From Octopus vulgaris (lineage: Eukaryota), in the NCBI GenBank assembly GCA_951406725.2, contig OX597816.1, positions 118,916,001-118,980,000 of the forward strand: 64,000 nucleotides of DNA, written 5' to 3'. A model generated the notes under the pieces. That model ran no database searches. It saw only the letters and a list, made by a program, of their open reading frames with translations, and was not told the origin of the DNA. The position numbers were made by a program, and so were the translations under genes. Each line of letters opens with the position of its first letter. Positions within the stretch are counted from its first letter, which is position 1. Below, in pieces: positions 28,241 through 41,284 of this stretch.

Positions 28241-29697
28241 TGAGAAAGTTGGTGTGTGAAATAATTGTATACCAGGAATCTTTATCGACCTTTGGAAACC
28301 CCCTCTCTCAATACATAAAAGAGAATTGGAAACGATTCCTGGACGATTGTTTTATTCTCTGGAATGAAAACACAGATAAACTCCTAAAATTCAAAAACCT
28401 ATTGAACAGCATCAACCCAAATATACAGTTCACAATGGAATACAACCAAAAGGAGCTTCCATTCTTAGATATACTAATTAAAAAAATTAACCTTAAAATA
28501 GAAACGGACATTTTTTACAAAGCCACAGACGCTAAACAATACCTACTTTTTGATTCATGCCACCCAAGACACACTAAAACAAACATCCCTTTCAACCTTG
28601 CAAGAAGGATATGCACAATAGTGTCAGAACAAAATACCAGGAACTTTAGATTACAAGAACTCAAAAACACCCTAATTGACAGACACTACCCAGCTCAACT
28701 CATAGAAGATGGGATCAGACGTGCAACAGAAATCGACATAGAAACTTTGAGAAAAGTTCAACACAACAACACACCTTCCCCGAAAATACTGCCTTACATA
28801 TCCACATACAACCCCAGAAACAAAGAAGCCTTCACCATCATCACCCAGAATTTACCAATACTTCATAAGGACCCCAAATTAAAGGAAATTCTAAACATAC
28901 ATAAAATCATTAAAAGCTACAAACAACCTAAATCACTTTAAAAGATTCTCACAAAGGCAAAATTGCTCTCTGAAATTACGGATACAAAAGTAAAAAAATG
29001 TGGTAGACCAAACTGCGCAACATGCCCAAACCTTCAAGAAGGATCAGAATTCCTCTTCAAAGAGGGACAAAAATTCAAGATCAAATCTAATTTTACTTGT
29101 GCTTCTGAAAACATAATTTATGTCATAAGATGCTCGGGCTGCCACCAAAACTACGTGGGGTCCACGAGACTATCACTCAGACGTAGATGCACACTGCATC
29201 GACAACAGATTGCATTCCCAGAATACAGAATGATACCCTTTAGTGAGCATATTGAGAAATGCGCAAAGCAACTACTACCACAATTTTTAATCTTTCCATT
29301 TTATCAATGTGCTATTGGAACACCAACACAAATTAGACTAAACAAGGAAACATTCTTCATTGAAAAATATAAGCCCAAACTTAACCACTCTAACATTCTT
29401 ATACAGAGAAACTCACCCCATTAAATAAAAGGGAAAAGAAATATAAAGCGATTATCTCCCTTATATCGGAAGAAATCACTTATTACCCCCCCCTACCTAG
29501 AACTCTTCATTGCACTTCATAACGAAGACATAACACGATGTTTTGAGAAATTTGAAAAGTTAACACGAAACCGGTAATTTCTTCAAAAACTATGTCACTC
29601 TATGAAAAAAATTTATAACATTCTTCTGACATAATGACTCAAATATATTTTTTTACCTTTTAAAACAAGCCTTCTGTAGTTTTTCACTTTTTACTCT

Positions 29698-29700
<3 letters not shown>
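28239..29700 (+). mobile_element. 5'-truncated Neptune-type Penelope-like element (RT C-terminal half, zinc-finger linker, GIY-YIG endonuclease, 3' UTR with HHR)
   Basis: WKRFLDDCFILW, LPFLDILI, SCHPRHTKTNIP, KKCGRPNCATCP and NIIYVIRCSGCHQNYVGST. ORFs 28240-28941 and 28963-29424 share one frame, separated by a single TAA. Flanked by (TA)n on both sides. Confidence 0.93.
29545..29583 (+). ncRNA. Minimal hammerhead ribozyme, U3-A8 core variant
   Basis: GAGAAAT-TTGAAAA-GT TAAC AC-GAA-ACCGGT-A-ATTTCTT: 7-bp stem I, palindromic stem III, GUA site, located in the PLE 3' UTR. Confidence 0.75.
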
Positions 29701-29773
<73 letters not shown>

Positions 29774-29776
<3 letters not shown>

Positions 29777-31016
29777 GGTGTCCCCCAAAAATGTATACAC
29801 ACTTTAGCAGATGATAACTCAATTGATATTTTTTCTTTCCAGATGAAACCTATAGGATTTAATGATGGCAGTCAGATTAAGCTTTGAACAAAGAAAATTC
29901 ATTCTAAAATGATACTGGAAGTGTGAAAATGCAGTTGAAGTGCAAAAACAGTTGGGGAGGGAGTTTCAAACAGATCCACCAATGCAACTCCCTATCACTT
30001 GAATTAGAGATAAGTTTGAAGCTGATGGAACTGTTCAGAATGTCCACGATAAGCATTCCAGAAGACCCCGAACATCAACAACCCCAACAAAGCAAGGAGT
30101 ACTGGAAATGAATCACCAAAGTCCAAGAAAATCTGTGCGGCAAAGCGAGTCATGAGGTAGGTATTCCAAAATCATCTGTGCAATGCATTTTGAAGCATTG
30201 TCAATGGAAAAGATATATTCCAAGATTAGTCCTTGCTATTAATGATGATGATCTAGACGAAAGAGTGCAGCATTGCGAGTGGTACTTGGAACGATGTGTA
30301 GAAGCTGCACACTTTCCAACAAAGATTGTGTGGAGTGATGAAGCCACATTCAAATTAAATGGTTCAATTAACTGCCACAATTGCACCTACTGGGGTCCTG
30401 AGAATCTGCATGTTATGGTGAAACACCATGTTAATTTGATATTTGTGTGGTGTGGTTTATCATCAAGAGGATTAATTGGACCATTCTTTTGTTATGCTAC
30501 TGTGACTGGTCCCGTTTACTTGAACTTGTTGCAACAGTCTGTTATGCCAAGCATTAGAGAAGACTTTGAAGATGAGGAGTTTTACTTTCAGCAAGATGGG
30601 GCACCCCCACACTACCATTGCTATGTTAAATCCTTCCTTGATGAGATCTTGCTAAACAGGTGGATTGGATGAAGAGGTATGGTTGAATTCACCAGACCTC
30701 ACACCACTAGACTTTTTTATGGGGATACCTTAAAGACAAATTCTACGCTATGAAACATACAAGTCGCTGATTTGAGAGCAGCCATTGGACGAGAGTGCAC
30801 ACAAATACCAAACAAATTCTTTTGTGATATTTGTGATTCCATTCCTTTGCGTTGTCAGCAGTGCCTGGACCAGACCGGACATCAGTTTGAAAACAGGCAT
30901 TGACAAAACGATAAAATAATGTCTGTAGATTCTATTAAATTTTGAAAATGAAGTGTCTTTTAATAAACAACTACTTTACAATTGTTTAAAGTGTGCATAC
31001 ATTTTTTTGGGACACC

Positions 31017-31019
<3 letters not shown>
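29774..31019 (+). mobile_element. Full-length decayed Tc1/mariner element, DD41D (rosa/Visitor)-like
   Basis: ~33-bp TIRs CAGGGTGTCCC..AAAAATGTAT.CACACTTTA within (TA)n. Transposase pseudogene ~29865-30903 with [16 protein letters not shown] and SPDLTPLDF..WGYLK. Spacing is 41 if the deleted WPPR segment is restored. Confidence 0.9.
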
Positions 31020-31053
<34 letters not shown>

Positions 31054-31134
31054 TACAGAATGGAACAAGAACGCAAAACATCCAGACAGTTAGGTGATAC
31101 AAAACATCCAGACACTTTGGTCCCTTATATGTAA

Positions 31135-31197
<63 letters not shown>

Positions 31198-31391
31198 ATG
31201 CTATATCTATTTATAATGCTATCTAGGAAACAGCTAAACTTGTAATATTCATAACAGTACATGCACTGACAATGTAGATGATTAATTCACATGAGTATCA
31301 TGTAAGACATACCTTTCTTTTTAAGTCAATATAAGTTTAGCTTCGCTGTGAAAAGTAAACATTGAGTTTTTTATCTTTCTGTGGGCCGAGA

Positions 31392-31478
31392 TACACACAC
31401 ACACACACACAGACACACACATATGTCTGTCTGTCTGTCTGTCTGTCTGTATCTATCTATCTGTCTATCTATCCATCC

Positions 31479-31563
<85 letters not shown>

Positions 31564-31580
31564 GCTAGCTAGCTAGCTAC
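31392..31580. repeat. (CA)n, (TCTG)n, (TCTA)n and (GCTA)n microsatellites
   Basis: Directly visible. Confidence 0.95.
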
Positions 31581-31824
31581 ATGAATATATACATTCTATT
31601 ATTTTATTCTTCTATACATTTTAGTCATGTGATTGCGGTCATACTGGAACACCACTGTGAATTTCTACTCTGTCCGCCTCCATCTTATGTGGCTGGCTTC
31701 TTCTTGAGGGTGGGATTTCGTGCCACCTCCTTGGATATGATTGTTTTTTTTTTTTGTTTTTTTTTACGAAGGGTGAGCGCTAAGCAGGAATAAGTATAAC
31801 TGCAATGTTACTATCAGTCCAAAT

Positions 31825-32180
31825 ATGCTTGAGGTGCGTTCGAACTGGGATATAAACCATTCATTGTGTTTTGTTATGGAGAAAATTTCTCTTTTTTGAC
31901 ACGGATACACCTATATCAGTTCGCAGCGCCAATTACCTAGACTGTGAGATGCCAGCATTTCGGAGTAGTTGTCTCCTCTTTGGTCACAGAAACCAGGCAG
32001 CTGCCGCTACGACCCGATCAAAGAGACTGTCTCTCATGCTATTATAGTCACCGTACGGTGACTGATAGCGCTATGCGACTGATCTAGGTGTATCCACGCC
32101 ATTTGTAAACAGCGAGAAATTTTCTCCATGACAAAACACAGAAAATGGCTTGTATCCCAGTTCGAACGCGTCTCAAGCAT
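31825..32180. mobile_element. Fold-back MITE with imperfect inverted arms of about 130 bp
   Basis: ATGCTTGAGGTGCGTTCGAACTGGGATA...GGAGAAAATTTCTC...GGATACACCTA is the reverse complement of TAGGTGTATCC...GAGAAATTTTCTCC...TATCCCAGTTCGAACGCGTCTCAAGCAT. Confidence 0.8.
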
Positions 32181-32600
32181 TGTAATGATATTGCAATGAA
32201 TTTTTTTTATCTGGTTGGTGTATAAGGAAGTTTGACACTTCTGCCTTCGTCTATAATTAATACTAGGATGTTGGCTTATCTGATATCGTGGATTGGAGAA
32301 TGTCCACAACCACATTGTGTGTGTGTATACAAGTACATATATACACACACAGGCAGGCATATTTATACATACATATAAACACACAGGCACACATGTGCAC
32401 GCATAAATATGTATGCACTTGTTACAAAGACCGCGAGAGGCGAAACTTGTATTCCCAATCAACGTCATAGGTATAATAAATTTGACTCTACTACTACCAG
32501 TATTGAATTCTTACATCAGTAAATTTATAGCATAACAGCCCTAACGCACACACACACGAGCGCATACATACAAACATACATACATACATACATACATACA

Positions 32601-32636
<36 letters not shown>

Positions 32637-33177
32637 TATATGCGTGTGTATGTATGTATATGTATGCTTGCGTGTGTTTATGTGTATATTCACAAACTCA
32701 CACATAAGGACATATTCCATGTATACATCACACTCGTTGATGCATCATACTCATGCATACACATGAACTCATGCACACACACACACACGCATTCACATGC
32801 AAACATACACACATGCATACACACAGAGCGGTGCATACTTATATATCTGCATATATTCATATTCTGATATTCATATATAGCAATGTTTACATGCATATGT
32901 ATGCATGCACACACAGACATATTTTCACACACACACACACACACACACATACACACACACACACACATACACACACACAAACACACACACACACATATGA
33001 ATATATTAGATAATATAATTTCAGTAACGATTGGAATTATTTATTTATTTTTTTATTCAATTAATTATTACAAAGGAAAGTGTCTATAATTAATTAAAGC
33101 CTACACTTAATTATCTTCAACTTCAAGGGAAACTGAATATTAAAAGCCCTCCCCACTCTCGTCTCTTGGCTAAAAAT

Positions 33178-33955
33178 CAGATGATGATGATGATGATGAA
33201 AATGATGGTGGTGTTACTGACGATGATGATGTTGTTGATGAAAATGATTATGATGATGATGATGATGATGGTGATGATGATTATAATGGTGATGATGACA
33301 ACAGCGATATCGATAATTAACTCAAGAAATTAAAGCAACATCAACCAGTAATGCCATATCTGCCACTTCATCTCGTCATCGTATTGTTCATTATCATCTT
33401 TATCACCATCTCCTCCACCAGCACTAGTTTACCACAATCACCTAATCCTCCTCCACCAGCACCACCAGCACCACCAGCACCACCACCATCACCCACCCCA
33501 CAACCAATAACGCCCCCTCCTCCTCCTCCTCCTCCTCCTCCCCTCCTCCTTATGATCATCATCACCATCATCATCATCACCACCACCTAACCAGCCTCCA
33601 CTACCTTCCTCCCCACCGCCACCATTAATACCAATATCACCACCTCTACCACTACCACCATCATCATCACCACCATCACCTAACCCACCTTCACTAACGT
33701 CACCACCATCATCCTCACTACCACCACCACCACCACAACCAACACCACTACCACCATCATCATCATCATATTCATCATCATCGTGACCACCACTACCGCC
33801 AAACCCACCTTCACCGTCACCGCCACCACAATCATCACCATCACCATTAACAACACCACCTCTACCATCAACACACCACTGTCACTATCTCCACCACTAC
33901 TACCACTACTAAACCATTACTACCATCACCTGATCATTAATCATCATCATCACTA
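33178..33955. repeat. (GAT)n/(CAC)n/(CAT)n/(CCT)n low complexity
   Basis: Directly visible. Confidence 0.9.
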
Positions 33956-34041
33956 CGACACGACCGGTTAGTTACATCATTTAGTTATATCATAGTAAGA
34001 CGAAAGCAAGGACAACATTGTTATAGAGCGACCTTTTAAAT

Positions 34042-34282
34042 CAATGGTGCCCAAACTTTTACAGGCTACCGCCCCTTGACACACAGGTCACATTCCTAGC
34101 ACCCCACCCCAACTAACCATCATAAGCAACTATATTTCAGAAATAAAATTTAACCTAATGAACCCATTATTTGGTTCTTTTTCCACGAATCGCTACCCCA
34201 TTATCGCCCCACTTTTTTTTCGCCTCCTTGGAAGGTTCTACTGCCCTTAGTGGGGCAATACTGCCCACATTGGGAACCACGG
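34042..34282. mobile_element. hAT (Charlie-like) MITE
   Basis: Termini CAATGGTGCCCAA...TTGGGAACCACGG and an 8-bp TSD TTTTAAAT/TTTTAAAC. Confidence 0.75.
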
Positions 34283-34336
34283 TTTTAAACCATGTGTACA
34301 CTTATATCATTGTTATGCTTTTGTGAGACTCCATGG

Positions 34337-34754
34337 CAGAGCCGTCTTATGACATGGGCAGACTAAGCAGTAACCTAGAGCCTCACAATTCTAGGGGCCC
34401 AATTCTGATCTATGTAAGACCTCTTTTCGGTCATGAATGACAATGGGATTGCACCTAGAAAGTTCTCCTCCGAGGCAAAAGTCCGGACAAAGCTGTTTTA
34501 TGGAAGACCAGCAATCGCCCATGCATATCAGCCGTTCCGCTCCACGCCACCGATGTTATCCAAGGGAAAGGCAAAGGCCGATACATTTCAGCACCAGTGT
34601 CGTCGCAACTTACTTCTACATTTCTGAGTGAACTGGGGCAACGTGAAATAGTGCCTTGCTCAAGAACACGCGGCTTACTGACCAATAAATAAACACTTTA
34701 GGGACAAGTGCATTGGTTTACCCGGGGGCTTATAATGCTGCTAAAATGGTCCTG
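34337..34754. mobile_element. Possible hAT-type MITE carrying a nested SINE
   Basis: Degenerate termini CAGAGCCGTCTTA...TAAAATGGTCCTG. The TSD is not clear. Confidence 0.4.
34417..34673 (-). mobile_element. 5'-truncated Meta/MESC-like SINE, family C1
   Basis: Reverse complement of 41900-42157. Confidence 0.85.
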
Positions 34755-35101
34755 GTCCACAACTCAGTATCTACTATACTTCGTTCCCTGGGACTATAGG
34801 TTCAAGCCTAGCCATACAAACTTTTCTCTGATATGAAGTTAAGGATATAATACAGCGCATTAAGGTTTGTTAAATCTATGCCAACGAAGTAGTACGGTAG
34901 TAAAATGATATTATAGATAAGCTGCGTCTTCGATTTCGTTCCTTGGATAAGATTAATTCTTGACATAAAGGGAAAATTGCTAGAGAACCACTCTTATGGT
35001 AGAAGAAGACAAATTCATGAATATAAGAAAAAGTACTATAGCTTTCAGAGATGTTGCTACCTAAGCTTGCGTCTCCTCTAATACCTCTGTAGACTTTTCT
35101 A

Positions 35102-35350
35102 TTGGGTTGGTGCATAATTATTGCGGCTTTTTTTCAACAAAGTTTATTCAACAAATACAATAACAATATTTAACAAAAACATCTTTAAATGACGGTCTGG
35201 CCGTCTGCCAAGCAAATGGGAAGCAGCAATTGAAGGTGGTGAATATGCTCCAGAATAATCATTTAAATATGTTTTTGTTACATGTTGTTATTGTTTTTGT
35301 TGAATAAAATTTGTTGAAAAAAAAGCAGCAATAATTATGCACCAACCCAA
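35102..35350. mobile_element. mariner MITE with Hsmar1/MADE1-like TIR
   Basis: TTGGGTTGGTGCATAATTATTGC...GCAATAATTATGCACCAACCCAA, inverted arms of about 70 bp, TA on both sides. Confidence 0.9.
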
Positions 35351-35499
35351 TAATATCTAAAAATCACATTATTGACACATTCCATAATGTAGACCTATAC
35401 CACCTTCTTATTAAAAGGTTGGGATGGCCGCAAAAGGAACGCTTACCTTTGAATATAGGTTTGCTTGATCAGAATTGACTTGGAAACTAACACTCAATA

Positions 35500-35844
35500 T
35501 TGTTGTCATCGACGACGTCCTCGTCGTCGTCATTGGTATCGTTATCGTTATCATCATCATCATCTTTATCAAATGCATTTTTATCATCGTCGTCGTCATC
35601 ATCATTATCATTATCGTCGTTGTTGTCGTCATTGTCAGCATCGTCGACGTCATCATCATCATTGTCGACATCGTCGTTGTCATCACCGTCGTCGCCACCA
35701 TCATCTTTGTTGTCGGCACACACACATACACACAAACACACACACACACACACTGGCACACACACATTCTCTCTCCCTCTCTCTCTCTCCCTCTCACTTT
35801 CACATATTTACCCATGCTGTGTCGCATATATGTACTCCTTATCT

Positions 35845-35925
<81 letters not shown>

Positions 35926-35960
35926 AACACACACAGACACACACATGCACACACACATAG
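35500..35960. repeat. (TCG/TCA)n, (CA)n and (TC)n low complexity
   Basis: Directly visible. Confidence 0.9.
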
Positions 35961-36217
35961 TAGTTGTAGATATATAAAACCATTGGAAAACTTGCTCTGA
36001 TGGTAAGCATGATACAGATATAATATGGATTTCCCAAATCCTTCGGTTCCAAAGTCTTTCTGGTTTATTGATTTTTCGGAAGCAGGTATGTTTACTTTAG
36101 TCACCGAACTCTAAATTAAACAATTATTTAATTTACTTCAAAATAATTAAATGAAATACAGGTTCTTGTGCCTTAGTACAAATGTTACAGTTCTATTATT
36201 TAATACTGTACTTCTTG

Positions 36218-36400
36218 CGGCAAGCTGGCAGAATCGTTAGCACGTTGGACGAAATGCTTAGCGGTTTTTCGTCTGTCTTTACGGCCTGAGTTCAAATTCC
36301 GACGAGGTCGAAAGAAAGAACTAGAAAAAAGACCTCGGAAGGAAGACCCGACAGAAATGTCGCCGAGCATTTTGTTCGACGCGCTAACGATTCTGCCTTC

Positions 36401-36441
<41 letters not shown>

Positions 36442-37280
36442 CCTTTCTACTAAAGGCACAAAACCTGATATTTCGGGGGAGGGGGACTAGTCGAGGACAT
36501 CCACCCCAGTGTTTCACTGGTACTTAATTTATCACCCCCGAAAGAATGAAAGGCAAAGTCGACCTTGACGGAATTTGAACTCAGAACGTCAAGGCGGACG
36601 AAATACCACAGAGTATTTTGTCCTGCGTGCTAATTATTCTACAAGTTCGCTTCCCTTTTAATAATAATAATGATCCTTTCTACGATAGACACGAGGCTGA
36701 AATTTGGTGGTAGGGGGCTAGTCGATTACATCGACCCCAGTGCTCAACAGGTACTTATTTCATCGACCCCCGAAAGGATGAAAGGCAAGGCCAACCTCGG
36801 CAAGTCGTAATGGCAGACGAAATACATATTTCTTTACTACCCACAAGGGGCTACACACAGAGGGGACAAACAAGGCCAGACAAACGGATTAAGATGATTA
36901 TATCGACCCCAGTGCGTAACTGATGCTTATTTAAACGACCCCGAAAGGATGAAAGGCAAAGTCGACCTTGGCGGAATTTGAACTCAGAACGTAGCGGCAG
37001 ACGAAATACCGCTAGGCATTTCGCTCAGCGTGCAAAGGACCTTGCCACCTCACCGCCTTCAGTAATGATAATCCTTTCTACTATAGGCAACAGGCTTGAA
37101 ATGTTTGAGGGGAGGGTGCTAGTCGGTTACATCGACCCCAGTGCACAACTGGTACTTATTTAAATCGACCCCACAAGGATTAAAGAAAACAGCAGCCATG
37201 GCGGAATTGAATCTTAGAACGTAATGAATCGGCAGAAATGCCTCTAAGCATTTTGTCCGATGAACTAACGATTCTGCCAT
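36218..37280. mobile_element. Cluster of about 6 family B SINE copies (first +, remainder -)
   Basis: Repeated Nin-like core and head blocks separated by (AAT)n tails. Confidence 0.85.
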
Positions 37281-38812
37281 CAGTTTCTTATATTAAATAA
37301 GGCAGAAAAATTAATACTAAGACATTACTTTAATGTTTGTAGCATTTGATGGAGGTTCACATGAAATTTTGTGACAACACACATACGTACATACATACAT
37401 ATACACATACATGCATTTGTGTATATATATTCATGCATACACGCACACACACATTTAAAATAATTTTCCTTCTGTTTGATTTGAGATAATTCCTTTTATT
37501 GATTTGCTCGTTTACTAATTTAGTCTTGCTCTTTTCTTTCTGCTATGAGTGTGCCTGTGTGTTAACATTATGTATGTATGTATGTATGTATGTATGTGTG
37601 TATGTATGTATGTATGTATGTATGTATGTATGTATGTATGTATGCATGTATGTATTGTATGAGTGCGTGTATGTATGAATGTATGTATATACAAATGTAT
37701 ATATACACACATATGTTTATAGATCCACACATAAATATGCACACACATTTGTACATACATGCCTCTCTCTTCCTTTCTCTTCCGCTCTCTCGTTCTCTCC
37801 TCTCTCTCGTTCTCTCCTCTCTCTCTTTCTCTCTATATCCATACACGCACACATATATGTTGATATATACATATGCATACACATATACATATAAACATAC
37901 ACACATACATACATAGTTGTGCGTATTAAAATCTCTTTGCGTTTATAACCATATTTACGGAAGTTTTCAAAAGTTCCAAGACATAAATCTATTGACAGGC
38001 TTCTTCCGTTAGATTACTCCTCAATTAACTAACACATAACATTACATATATTTTTTTTAACTCACTGATTTAGAACAGTTATGCTATGAATGCAATCTCT
38101 TCGCGTTTTTCTCTCCTCTTCTTATCCAAACACAAAGCAAACATGGCTACCTAAACAAACATGACTCCGTTTCGACATTACATTTATTCTGTCTTATGAT
38201 CAAGTCATAAATAAATTTTCATTATAAGCTAATTGCTTATCGAATCTGATTCCAATGAAAAGATTTTTCTAATATTTGTATGTAATTCTTTTTCCGCGTA
38301 TGTTCAAAGCATATATAATTGTACTTCATATCAATATTATTAGAAATGGCAAACTAGGAATAGAAATTGAAATAAAAGCAACAAAAACGACAGTAAACTC
38401 CATGTCATTTTGTAAGTTGTTGCTCTGTTTTTGTTTGTTTATATGTTTTGTTACGCACTGGGCTGGATTTCGCTGACATCATAATGAATGTTATATTACA
38501 ACTTATGTTTTCGATGCTGCTTCTTCAAGCATTGCACATACGAACATACATACATACATACATACATACATACATACATACATACATACATACATACATA
38601 CATACGTACATACATACATACATGCGTGCATACATTCATATATATATATATGTGTGTGTAAATAAATACGTACATGCATACATATACACATATATGCACA
38701 CATGTAGATATATATATCTATGTATGTATGCGTATATATATCATGACATTTATCAGACGGCGTCACTATAACTTATCAAGAAGTTCAACACCCAAGGCAT
38801 GGTGTGTATATA

Positions 38813-38853
<41 letters not shown>

Positions 38854-38854
38854 T

Positions 38855-38923
<69 letters not shown>

Positions 38924-39474
38924 TTATATGTATATATGTATATGTATACGTATGTGTAAACAGACACACACACATATATACATATGTTTTAATATTCAGC
39001 AGCGCATAACATCACATTATTGGTAGATGTAACCTTTGGGGATAACACAATGAGAAAACACATCGTCAGATAGTTACATAGGAAGTATATCGTCGGACGG
39101 CTATAAGGGAAATACAAGCTAGAGACCCATATAATTGTCTGACGGTATGATTGCTCATCGTGCTTGCTCATGATTGCACAATGACTTCATTGCTGGCTGC
39201 AATCTGCTTGAATTCTATTTGTGTATCGTATATGACTTTATGAAGGGTAGCCATAGTTTTTGTTGAGCTAAAGTAAAACAAAATACCCATTGGAACACAC
39301 TTGCATATAGCAGATCCATTTATTAAAGGAAGTGGAGATATTTTAACAATATCTATTTAGGCGTTCGAAAGAAACATTGGTAGCTTGCTTAATAATGAAG
39401 CTATACTCACTAAATACTTGCGATCACTAATTAGCAATGGCCAAAATAATAATGATTGTTCAAACTTCTTTTTT

Positions 39475-39533
39475 TCGCAACTATCGGAGCGAGAAGCGCT
39501 CCTCACGAACGCACGTTCGTGAGATGGTTGTGA
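39475..39533. other. T-shaped (three-way) hairpin
   Basis: TCGCAACTATC [GGAGCG-AGAAG-CGCTCC][TCACGAAC-GCAC-GTTCGTGA] GATGGTTGTGA. Confidence 0.8.
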
Positions 39534-41284
39534 TCTATAGTTTTGAGTAGGAACCGAAGTATGAACCCGCAATGTGCATGTGCTCACTGAATTCGTAAAG
39601 CGAAAGAGAAGGATAAAAACTCAATGCGCATGTCAAAATAAAACAGAAGACAAGAATAAAACACGTTATACCACATCTGACACTATTATCACGCAGCTTT
39701 GTAGTAATATTCTTGTTTAAATTTGATGAAAAGGTCGTATTTTATTCATTTGTTACACGCAACGCCGTATATTCTGCGCGTGCCAAAGAGTTATGATGTT
39801 TAATTCTAATTTCTGATACTAGCCCAATAACACAACTGTGATGGCGTAAGGGGTTAATTTTATCAACTCCAATACTTGACTGGTAGTTATTTTATCCATC
39901 CCGAATGGACGAAAAGCGAAGACGATTCCAGAGTTATTTAAAGCCAGAACTCAAAAAGGACATATCTACATTCTGCAAGGTATTCTGTCCGCTACTTTAC
40001 TGAATATTTCAATCCATCGATCCTTTGTTATTGTTTGTAAATTAAGTATTCATTTGAATTCAGGGTCGTGAAAGTTGAAATATTGAATAAATTTTTTTCT
40101 CTCTCAAAATTGTCTGCATTATTGTCTTTCGGGAATCAATTGTTAGTGCCATTAGAGCTTCGGATGGAATATATTGTGATATTCGTTCTAGATCACTGCA
40201 CACCTTACATTCAATTCCCGTGGAGGTTAACGTTGTCTTTCACTCTTTTGCACACCGAAAAATAGCGTGTAAGCGCCCAATTCCTCTTTTTTCTTTGTTT
40301 GTTTGTTTGTTTGTTTGTTTGTTTCTTTCTTTCTTTCTTTCTCAGTCTACCTTCCTCTCTCATCCAGCTATAACACCCTGGATGTTCTGTTGGGTCATGA
40401 CTGGTAGAACTAAGAAGGTATTTTACTCGCTACTATATGGACACCAAAAACAATTAGTGCAAACATGGTATGTGTTATGAAGTCATTATCAATTGTCAGG
40501 GACACTCCTATTACACTTTGCTATTATTAGTCGTCGCTTAGGTTCTGAGTTTCCAAGAATGATGGTAACAAATTCATAAGAGATCATACACGAAAGCAAA
40601 AACACGGGATAATTAAAATAATGGTTACATGTAATCGAGAAGTTTACAATTTCGGATATGTATTTTTGTGTATGTATATGTTCTCTTTTTTTAATTCTAG
40701 AGTAAATTTTGACCGGCCACCTACTTAGTAGTGCGCTTGTGAAGGAAAATATCTTTTTTTAACCATCATGTTTTAAATCTTAAGAAGGTCTTGAAGATTT
40801 TTATAGTCTGAGATACAGTGACCATTTGTAGCATATGGATTAAAGATTTGCATTCTCTCCTCATGGTCCCAATTCAGCCATACTTTGCCCCAGACGGGTG
40901 TGTATGTATGTATGTATGTATGTATGTATGTATGTATGTATGTATGTATGTATGTATGTATGTATGTATGTATGTATGTATGTATGTATGTATGTATGTA
41001 TGTATGTATGTATGTATGTATGTATGTATGTTTGTGTGTGTGTGTGTGTGTGTCTGTGTGTGTGTGTGTGTACGTATTTATAAATGCCATTATTCAGTTT
41101 TATTTCAAGATTTCTTGCCAATAGAGAAAAAGCCGGTTTGTAACCTAGATCCAAGCCTCCTTCATTGGAATTTCAACATATACAGGGTATTTTTGTACGT
41201 ACGTGTGTGCGCAAATTTGTACGTTTTGTTTAATGTATGTATTCTCATGCATATAGTTGCATGTCTAGAAATAATCATATATAC

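Noticed and set aside
28939-28941. Programmed readthrough between RT and GIY-YIG
   Set aside because: The TAA is most simply an AAA>TAA mutation in a single-ORF PLE.
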